A DNA stretch of 64,000 bases, taken from contig JAQTZF010000001.1 of the NCBI GenBank assembly GCA_028687915.1, forward strand, positions 930,634-994,633, given 5' to 3'. Position 1 is the first letter of the stretch, and each line of letters starts with the position of its first letter. The notes beneath the pieces were generated by a model, which worked only from the letters and a program-made list of their open reading frames with translations, made no database searches and was not told where the DNA came from. Shown piece after piece: positions 56,886 through 64,000 of the stretch. Origin of the DNA: Candidatus Daviesbacteria bacterium. Lineage in GTDB: Bacteria > Patescibacteriota > Microgenomatia > Daviesbacterales > UBA10151. The position numbers and the translations under genes are program-made.

Positions 56886-57338
56886 TTATTTGCTATTAAC
56901 TTTTAACTTTATATCTTTATGAACAATAAATCTTTCTTCCCATAATAAAACCATAAAATATATTGGAATTATTAAAATTATTTGAACTGGAATTTGACCT
57001 AAATTAATATTTGACCCTAACATTAAAGCTCGTGCTAACTGGTCTGCAAGAAGTGAAACAGCAGCAACAGGTATCAAAATTAATGGATGTGTTACAAACT
57101 GAAATCTTCTAAATATATGAATTACTAATACAATTATTAAATAGATAATACTTAAACTACCTAAAGGATATCCTGCTAAAAAAGATAACACTAAACCAAA
57201 AATAAAAGCTAAATAATAATTTTCTTTTTCTGTAACAACAAAAGATCTGGAAACCAGTATTAACAACACCAAATTAAAAGGCAAAAAAGCTTCCTGTAAA
57301 AAGCTAAATAGTATTAAAATAAAAATTAAAGGTATCAT
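56886..57338 (-). CDS. mreD: MreD-like membrane protein
   Basis: Highly hydrophobic; lies between mreC and mrdA. Confidence 0.6.
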   Translation of the reverse strand: MIPLIFILILFSFLQEAFLPFNLVLLILVSRSFVVTEKENYYLAFIFGLVLSFLAGYPLGSLSIIYLIIVLVIHIFRRFQFVTHPLILIPVAAVSLLADQLARALMLGSNINLGQIPVQIILIIPIYFMVLLWEERFIVHKDIKLKVNSK

Positions 57339-58120
57339 CTAATTAAAAAAACAGTATCTAAATCTACTAACTTAAAAATAGGTTCTACTTTAGCCTGCTT
57401 AAAAATTTCATTTTGTCTTTCTAATACTGCTGTTACTTTTCCTAAAACTAATCCCTTTGGTAATTTTCCTTCAGTACCCTCTGAATAAACTAAATCACCA
57501 ACATTAACTATTTCTTCATGTAAGATTTTATCCATTAACATTTCTGATCCAAATTGTCCTTGTAAAATCCCTTTAGCTCTGCCTAAAGAACCCTGTGAAA
57601 AGGCAGCTATTTTAGATTCCGGATCTGTAGCCATTATCACTTGAGCAGTTTTTGGTGTAACATTTTTTGTTTGTCCCAAATAATTATCTTTATAAACTAC
57701 TGCCTGTTGTTCGATAACCCCATCATTTAAGCCCTTGTCTAAAATCACATAACGTTCAACTCCTAAAACTCTGGCTGGCATTAAGTCAAAGGTTTGTGGA
57801 TTTAATTTGTTATATTGATCAACTAAATCCTCATTATCTTTAACTTTTTTTTGTAAAGCTGCATTTTCAGCAGCAATCAGAGCTAGTTGTTGCTTTAAAG
57901 CATTATTTTCTAAAGATGCTTTTCTGGCATTAACAATAAAATTAAATTGTTTTTTAAAATTAGTGCTGTTTTTATAAAGACCATATTGGACAGGAGTAGT
58001 TAAGGTTTGCAAAATACTTTTGGGGAAATTTAAGGCTCCCAAGCGATCAAAAACAAAAAGAAAGACAGAGCAAATAATTAAAATTATAAAAAGTTTGAAG
58101 TCTAATAAAATAATTTTCAT
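57335..58120 (-). CDS. mreC: Rod shape-determining protein MreC
   Basis: TM, coiled coil, ILDKG..DGV, GDLV...G...PKGLVLGKV. Confidence 0.9.
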   Translation of the reverse strand: MKIILLDFKLFIILIICSVFLFVFDRLGALNFPKSILQTLTTPVQYGLYKNSTNFKKQFNFIVNARKASLENNALKQQLALIAAENAALQKKVKDNEDLVDQYNKLNPQTFDLMPARVLGVERYVILDKGLNDGVIEQQAVVYKDNYLGQTKNVTPKTAQVIMATDPESKIAAFSQGSLGRAKGILQGQFGSEMLMDKILHEEIVNVGDLVYSEGTEGKLPKGLVLGKVTAVLERQNEIFKQAKVEPIFKLVDLDTVFLIR

Positions 58121-58218
58121 CAAGGCTAATATACCATATTTAGCATGGTTATATCAGCCTTGCGAGTTGATTAAATCAAGATTATCAGGATTAGTTGTTT
58201 TTTAAGCGATCTCTAAAT

Positions 58219-58839
58219 TTATACAACACCTTGTTCAACTAACACTTCTGCTAAACAATTTTTTACCATACCAACATCCTGCCATTCTCTAATCAATTCC
58301 CCTGATTCAGATTTTGTTTCATATAAAAAACGTTCTGAAGGTGCCTTTGAGGGGACTTTTCTTCCTGTAATTTTATCTATAATTCTATTCATTACTCCTC
58401 TTTCCTTAATTGCTAAACAAGCTATCCATAAACGAGGTCGCTCCATATTTGTCAGTTCTCGTCCTACAGAATCTGAAATAAAAGCTTTTGAAATTAATCT
58501 AACTGTATAATTTTTACCAAAAGCACGTAACCTTTTTGCATAGCTATATTCAATCACATCAATAAAACGATCATCATTTATAACATCACAAATATCGCTA
58601 TCTTCTGAAAATTTCCCTAAACCATCAAGGTGATCTCTATTAACTTCTGCAAAAAGATTATCTATAGTACTTTCATCTAACATTGCCTTGCACTGTGCTA
58701 GTGTTTTGCCTTGTCGGATTGTCTTCTTTAAACACTCATTAGCCAACATTAATCCTTCAGCACTAAATGGGCGTTGAGGTTGCTCAACTCTGCTATTACC
58801 TCTATTTTTTACTTCTTTAATTGCTTCTCTTAAACTCAT
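58219..58839 (-). CDS. Hypothetical protein (orphan)
   Basis: 206-aa ORF; TTGACA-17-TATAAA upstream. Confidence 0.6.
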   Translation of the reverse strand: MSLREAIKEVKNRGNSRVEQPQRPFSAEGLMLANECLKKTIRQGKTLAQCKAMLDESTIDNLFAEVNRDHLDGLGKFSEDSDICDVINDDRFIDVIEYSYAKRLRAFGKNYTVRLISKAFISDSVGRELTNMERPRLWIACLAIKERGVMNRIIDKITGRKVPSKAPSERFLYETKSESGELIREWQDVGMVKNCLAEVLVEQGVV

Positions 58840-59033
58840 AAATATTTACATGTTAGATGTATAAAAGTTTATATTCTAGTTGAGAATTATTGTCAATAGT
58901 TTTACTTAATCCACCTGTGCTGTACACTTTTCAGATGGACAGTAAATTCCAGTGATATTTATATTTAGCCAGAGTAACCCTTTTTTGTATTTTAAAAATT
59001 GACTTTTTTAAGCCGATAGCTTATTTTTATGTT

Positions 59034-59591
59034 ATGTTTGACGAAAGAAAATATATAGAAAAGACGCCAAAAATGAATTTTACATACCCTGATTGGTGGC
59101 ATAGTCATGGTATGAAATTACATCTGAACCGAGCAGAGACAAATCTTGAACAAGTAACATTAGGTAGTTCAACTACAAGATTAATTATTTCCAGAAACGA
59201 AGATTCTCTTAATTTACCATGGAATATTCAATGGGCAGTCCTACATTTTTATGGTGAAACTGCAGCAGGTAATAGAAAAGTGAATCATGAAACACTTTTA
59301 ACTGCTTTTGGATTTAATAACGGAACTCCACAAGGATCAGAGTGGCTTATTAATAAATATGGCGGAACCTGTGCAGAACAAGGAGCTTTTCTTAGATATA
59401 AACAATTCTTAAACATCCCTTGCCCTGGTACTGGCAATGATGGAGATCCTAACCTTTCACTTTTTTTAGATACTAATATTCAACAAGCAGTCTTAAATCT
59501 TATGCCAAATGAGTATGTTTTAAAATTAAGAGGACAAATCGGAAAATATTTACTTTTACCATCAACTCCTACTGGGAGTAAATTATTTTAA
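59034..59591 (+). CDS. Hypothetical protein (orphan)
   Basis: 185-aa ORF; TTGACT upstream. Confidence 0.6.
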   Translation: MFDERKYIEKTPKMNFTYPDWWHSHGMKLHLNRAETNLEQVTLGSSTTRLIISRNEDSLNLPWNIQWAVLHFYGETAAGNRKVNHETLLTAFGFNNGTPQGSEWLINKYGGTCAEQGAFLRYKQFLNIPCPGTGNDGDPNLSLFLDTNIQQAVLNLMPNEYVLKLRGQIGKYLLLPSTPTGSKLF

Positions 59592-59600
59592 GATGTTGGT

Positions 59601-60656
59601 TTACCTTAATCCTCCTGTCACCTTGACTCTGGACAGGAGATCTAAATCATCTAAAACTCTTCCACAACCTCTGACTACTGTAGTTAAAGGATCTTCTGCT
59701 ACATAAACAGGCATCTTTGTTTCTTCAGCTATTTTTTTATCTAAACCCTTTAAGAGCGAACCTCCACCAGTAATAGCAACCCCTCTTTCTAAAATATCAG
59801 AAACCAACTCTGGTGGTGTTTCTTCCAAAACTTCTGAAAGAGCTGTTACTATCTGATTAACAGTACCTGATAATGCTTCTCTAATTTCAACTGATGAAAT
59901 TTTAATTGATTTTGGTAAACCTGTTGATAAATCTCTTCCGCGAACAACAGTTTCTTTTTCTTCTTTTTGGGGGATAGCTGAACCAACTTCTATCTTTATA
60001 TTTTCTGCAGTTCTGTCACCAATTAACATTCCATATCTCATCTTCATATAGTTAATGATGTCTGCATCCAGTTCATCACCAGCAACCCGAAGAGATCTGT
60101 TTAAAACCATACCGCCAAGTGAAATCACAGCAATTTCTGTGGTTCCCCCACCAATATCCATAATCAAATTCCCTTCTGGTTCTTCAATAGGTAAACCAGC
60201 TCCAATAGCAGCTGCCATAGGTTCTTCAATTAGATAACATTGCCTGGCACCAGCAGATAAAGCTGCATCCTGCACAGCCCTTCTTTCTACTTCTGTAACC
60301 CCAGAAGGAATACCAACCACCACACGAGGTTTAGGAATTTTAGGAAATTTAAACCCATCTCCATGTTGTTTATGAACCAGCTGAATAAAATGACGCAACA
60401 TAGCTTCTGTGGTATCAAAATCTGAAATAACTCCATCACGAAGAGGTCTAACTGCTTCTATTGCTAAAGGTGTTCTACCCAACATTCTTTTAGCTTCACT
60501 TCCTATTGCTAAAACTTGTTTACTTTTTTTATGGATTGCAACAACAGATGGTTCACGAATTAAAATACCTTTTCCTTTAACCAACACCAAAGTATTAACT
60601 GTACCCAAATCTATACCAATATCGTGGGAAACAAGCTGCCAAAATTTGTCAAACAT
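59601..60656 (-). CDS. mreB: Rod shape-determining protein MreB
   Basis: IDLGT, EPSVVA, PLRDGVI, EEPMAAAIG, DIGGGTTE, TGGG. Confidence 0.97.
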   Translation of the reverse strand: MFDKFWQLVSHDIGIDLGTVNTLVLVKGKGILIREPSVVAIHKKSKQVLAIGSEAKRMLGRTPLAIEAVRPLRDGVISDFDTTEAMLRHFIQLVHKQHGDGFKFPKIPKPRVVVGIPSGVTEVERRAVQDAALSAGARQCYLIEEPMAAAIGAGLPIEEPEGNLIMDIGGGTTEIAVISLGGMVLNRSLRVAGDELDADIINYMKMRYGMLIGDRTAENIKIEVGSAIPQKEEKETVVRGRDLSTGLPKSIKISSVEIREALSGTVNQIVTALSEVLEETPPELVSDILERGVAITGGGSLLKGLDKKIAEETKMPVYVAEDPLTTVVRGCGRVLDDLDLLSRVKVTGGLR

Positions 60657-60716
60657 TTCAAGGTTGAGTGTACCAGAGACGCTTCCAAATCACAATGATA
60701 TTTGGTAGCATAAGCT

Positions 60717-60788
60717 ATCAGTCTTCAGTATCGTTTCACTGTCAGCTTTCAGACTGTCTGACGACTGATGACTGACGACTGATGACTA
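60717..60788. repeat. Heptad repeat and fold-back spanning the start codon of the O-antigen-ligase-like gene
   Basis: (ctgacga ctgatga)x2 at 60758-60785; complementary tcagtct/tcagtat/tcagctt/tcagact upstream; central tcagac-t-gtctga. Confidence 0.8.
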
Positions 60789-62956
60789 CAAGAATCCTTA
60801 CAATTTCATTCTATATTCTTTTCTTTTTTACCCCGCTTTTTTGGTCACCTTATAATTTTGAACTTTTTGAATACAACAAAATGATGTTGGTGTATTTGCT
60901 AACTGTAATTATTACAACTGCCTGGATTTGGGAAATGATTTCAAAAAAAACTTTAATTTTAAAATCTACACCTTTAGATATTCCAATCTTACTTTTTTTA
61001 GGGGCAAATATTTTATCAACTATTTTTTCTATTGATCAGCATGTATCAGTATGGGGATATTATTCAAGATCTAATGGGGGACTCATTTCCATTATTTCTT
61101 ACACTATTTTATATTTTGCCTTTGTTTCAAACTTTACATCTGAATATGCAATTAAATTCTTAAAAGCAGCTGTATTTGGAGGTGTAATTGTTGCCTTATA
61201 TGCTATTCCAGAACATTTTGGAGTCTCCCCTTCCTGTGTAGTTTTAACCAACCAGCTCAGTGACAGTTGCTGGGTACAGGATGTTCAGACACGGGTCTTT
61301 GCCACATTAGGCCAGCCTAACTGGCTGGCAGCATATTTGGCAATGTTAATTTTCCCAGCCTTTTATTTCTTACTTACCAATACCAAAAAATCATTCTTTA
61401 ATCTTAACTCTTTATTCTTAATTCTGTTTTATATGGCTTTCACTTTCACCTATTCCAGAGGTGCAACTTTAGGATTACTAGGTGGAATGATAATATTTGT
61501 TGGTCTATTATTCTTCGAGGCCATCAAAGGTGGACGAGAAGTAAATACAAGTTCTCACTTTGTTCGAACAATAAAATCAAGTTTTCATGTTCTCGCTAGC
61601 ACTCGAACAATAAAATCAGTGCTGCTTATTCTTATATCTTTTGTAATCATTAATTTATTTTTTGGATCTGCTTTAACCAGCTTTAAATTATTATCAAAGT
61701 TTGCTCCACCTCCAAGAGGGGGGATAATTACACAAGTCCCAACAAGCGGAACTCAGCTGGAAAATGGCGGGACAGAATCTGGAGTGATTAGGTTAATAGT
61801 TTGGAAGGGAGCATGGGAAATATTTTTACATTATCCAATATTGGGAACAGGTGTTGAAACTTTTGCTTATTCTTATTATCAATTCCGCCCACAGGAACAT
61901 AATTTAGTTTCAGAATGGGATTTTCTTTATAACAAAGCACATAACGAATTTTTAAATTATCTGGCAAACACCGGTTTAGTAGGATTTTTAAGCTATATGG
62001 CCTTAATTTTAACTTTCATTTATTGGTCAGTTAAGAAAATCATTTTTTCCAAATCTGATAACTTGATTCTAATTATTATTTTAGCCTCAATCATCAGTTA
62101 TCATATTCAAAATTTCTTTGGTTTTTCTGTGGTAATAATCGCAGTCTTTTTCTATCTTTTCCCAGCAATAGCATTTATTACCACAAACTCAGTAAAACCA
62201 TTTGTATTGCCTAAACAATTCTTAATTCTATATAAAAAATCCTTATATACTAAGCTTGCAAAAACTGTTGTAATTACTATCTCCCTTTTATTTATCTTTA
62301 CTTTAATTAGGTATTATTGGGCTGATACTTATTTTGCTACTGGTAACAGTGCAAATGACTCAGGTAATCCAGGAAGAGCATATAATCAAATATATCAAGC
62401 AACTTATCGTAAAATTATATTTGGCTTAATCCCCTTTGGAAACACAAATGAACCTTATTACCACTCAGAACTTGCTTATTCAGCAGCTGCTTCTGCAGTA
62501 GCTTTAGCAGAAGAGGATGCCACAATCAGTGCTACATTAAAAGAAGAAGCAATAGAAGAAACTCAGAATGTTCTAAAAAATAACCCAAAGAATACTTCTT
62601 TTTATAGAACAGCTATTAGAACATATTACTTAATTTCTACATTGGATCCAAACTACACCCAAAAAACTTTAGATGTTTTAGATACTACTATTAAGTTAGC
62701 TCCAACTGATGCCAAACTAGTTTATAACAAAGCAATTATTTTAGGACAAGAGCCAGGTAAGAGCAAAGAAGCAATCGCAAGCTTAGAAAAAGCAATTGAG
62801 TTAAAACCAAATTACAGAGATGCGTATTACACATTAGGATTGTTTTATTTTGAGAATAATCAAAAACAAAAAGCTATCGAACAAATGAAAAAAGTTTTAC
62901 AACTAATCCCAAATGATCCAGAAGCATTAGAAAAGCTAAAAGAATGGGGTCAATGA
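60782..62956 (+). CDS. O-antigen ligase/oligosaccharyltransferase-like (Wzy_C) membrane protein with TPR tail
   Basis: RVFATLGQPN, TYSRG, R...W, P.LGTG, AHNEFL; C-terminal TPR motifs. Confidence 0.88.
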   Translation: MTTRILTISFYILFFFTPLFWSPYNFELFEYNKMMLVYLLTVIITTAWIWEMISKKTLILKSTPLDIPILLFLGANILSTIFSIDQHVSVWGYYSRSNGGLISIISYTILYFAFVSNFTSEYAIKFLKAAVFGGVIVALYAIPEHFGVSPSCVVLTNQLSDSCWVQDVQTRVFATLGQPNWLAAYLAMLIFPAFYFLLTNTKKSFFNLNSLFLILFYMAFTFTYSRGATLGLLGGMIIFVGLLFFEAIKGGREVNTSSHFVRTIKSSFHVLASTRTIKSVLLILISFVIINLFFGSALTSFKLLSKFAPPPRGGIITQVPTSGTQLENGGTESGVIRLIVWKGAWEIFLHYPILGTGVETFAYSYYQFRPQEHNLVSEWDFLYNKAHNEFLNYLANTGLVGFLSYMALILTFIYWSVKKIIFSKSDNLILIIILASIISYHIQNFFGFSVVIIAVFFYLFPAIAFITTNSVKPFVLPKQFLILYKKSLYTKLAKTVVITISLLFIFTLIRYYWADTYFATGNSANDSGNPGRAYNQIYQATYRKIIFGLIPFGNTNEPYYHSELAYSAAASAVALAEEDATISATLKEEAIEETQNVLKNNPKNTSFYRTAIRTYYLISTLDPNYTQKTLDVLDTTIKLAPTDAKLVYNKAIILGQEPGKSKEAIASLEKAIELKPNYRDAYYTLGLFYFENNQKQKAIEQMKKVLQLIPNDPEALEKLKEWGQ
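61391..61425. repeat. 7-nt periodic array inside the Wzy_C gene
   Basis: tcattct ttaatct taactct ttattct taattct. Confidence 0.55.
61513..61618. repeat. Three REP-like hairpins in frame within the Wzy_C gene
   Basis: cttc-gagg..acga-gaag (61513-61541); gttctcactttgttcgaacaataaaatca (61551-61579); gttctcgctagcactcgaacaataaaatca (61589-61618). Confidence 0.8.
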
Positions 62957-63240
62957 AAAAGATTGGCCAGATTATAGACAATCAAAAACATCCGGACAGA
63001 CCTAAAAATCTATCAACTGAATTTCAGGTTTATGGAGTTTATTTGGCGGAAGAATTAAATGATACCAAACATTATTCCTTGTATATTAAATTAGCAAAAG
63101 TTACTCCCAGGGCTTTACTTGATGAAGCTTTAACTTATACAAAAGGTTATCTGAATGCTAAAAATAAAGGCAAGGTTTTTATGTGGAAGCTCAAACAGCT
63201 TAAAACTGAGCTTTTACTTAGAACTAAAATTTCTGATTAG
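62953..63240 (+). CDS. Small conserved-looking hypothetical protein
   Basis: ATGA overlap with the upstream stop; EFQ.YG..LAEEL.D.KH.SLYIKLAK...FMWK. Confidence 0.7.
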   Translation: MKKIGQIIDNQKHPDRPKNLSTEFQVYGVYLAEELNDTKHYSLYIKLAKVTPRALLDEALTYTKGYLNAKNKGKVFMWKLKQLKTELLLRTKISD

Positions 63241-63918
63241 AGTACCTCGTTTAGAAGCCCTATAGCGCTGAATAGATGTGGGCACAAAAGGCCTGATAGA
63301 GCCAGCATTAACTAAACTATGTTGGTGATTTTGTTTATCAATATGAACTACAACAGGTGAATGTGCAACTGATTCTGAATCTACAGGCTGAAAATGTACA
63401 ACAAACATTCTTTCATTTTCAAAATCTGGATCAACCTTAGTAAAAATCGCTTTACTACCTGCAAAATTACTACGCAATCCTAAATCAATTTGTTTTTGCA
63501 GTTGTTCAGGTGTTAAGGGAATACCTCTTAATGAAAGTCCATACTGACGAGGTAAAACCAAACCACCTTTTACCACAATAGCTTCATGGGAACGTTTTTT
63601 ATCACACAATCGAACAGCTTCAGGCTGAAAAGATCTAATCAAGCGGTGTTGAAATGCTTTAAAACCACGACGGTAACGAGAAATCTGATGAATATCAATT
63701 CTTTCTTCACTAATTAAACTTAAATTTGCCTGTTTATCACGAATATTTAATAGGTGAGGAGTCCAAAATCTTTGTTTTCCACCCTCAATATGAAAGATCC
63801 CATTTGGATTAAGACAAGCTTTATCTCCATAGACTTCTATTTCATCTGTTAATGAAGCTTGTACAGCCAAGGCCTCTCCTGGATGAAATCCATTAATATA
63901 TGAATAGATTTCTGACAT
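63214..63918 (-). CDS. Hypothetical protein (orphan)
   Basis: 234-aa ORF; TTGACA-16-TATAAT at 63929-63956. Confidence 0.6.
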   Translation of the reverse strand: MSEIYSYINGFHPGEALAVQASLTDEIEVYGDKACLNPNGIFHIEGGKQRFWTPHLLNIRDKQANLSLISEERIDIHQISRYRRGFKAFQHRLIRSFQPEAVRLCDKKRSHEAIVVKGGLVLPRQYGLSLRGIPLTPEQLQKQIDLGLRSNFAGSKAIFTKVDPDFENERMFVVHFQPVDSESVAHSPVVVHIDKQNHQHSLVNAGSIRPFVPTSIQRYRASKRGTLIRNFSSK

Positions 63919-64000
63919 AGTAAAAAGGATTATAGTTTTTTTCTCAGGTTTGTCAAACTATAAAACCCCAGAAATTGGAAAATTGAACCTAAATTTGATA

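Noticed and set aside
1-64000. tRNA/rRNA genes, CRISPR, prophage, DGR/retron, or alternative genetic code
   Set aside because: No cloverleaf or rRNA-like tract, no repeat-spacer array, no integrase, reverse transcriptase or virion genes recognised; TGA ends several conserved genes (pyrG, dut, rarA), so code 11 applies.

Overview
AT-rich (roughly one-third GC), gene-dense chromosomal segment in genetic code 11. Gene content and style point to a Patescibacteria/CPR genome, most likely Microgenomates (inference): short EF-Ts, trigger factor without an FKBP domain, membrane-anchored Clp ATPase, DUF5667 protein, mostly leaderless promoters. Bases 1-20 kb are accessory, stress and envelope genes ending in a REP-associated tyrosine transposase (RAYT). 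Bases 20-64 kb are a mostly minus-strand housekeeping backbone (rarA, cysS, recR-ybaB, folD-glyA, dnaX, ybeY, rpsU, tig, proS, rseP-frr-tsf-rpsB, pyrG-kinase-dcd-dut-tmk/thyX, topA, dprA, mrdA-mreD-mreC-mreB) interleaved with about a dozen orphan ORFs. I saw no tRNA, rRNA or CRISPR array. Main observations: (1) a TGTAA-N6-TTACA palindrome in CRP/NtcA class II geometry at four promoters, suggesting a stress regulon; (2) a GA...GA-loop REP hairpin family and 7-8-nt periodic repeats sitting in frame inside rarA, dnaX, dprA and an O-antigen-ligase-like gene; (3) a RAYT carrying one of its own REPs inside its coding sequence; (4) a pyrimidine operon ending in a Tmk-tandem-ThyX fusion; (5) an rpsU leader with a strong SD held 35 nt from the AUG by a hairpin; (6) two prepilin-like paralogues flanking ybaB; (7) two coding regions missed by the ORF track. 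All calls come from reading motifs by eye; no database search was run.
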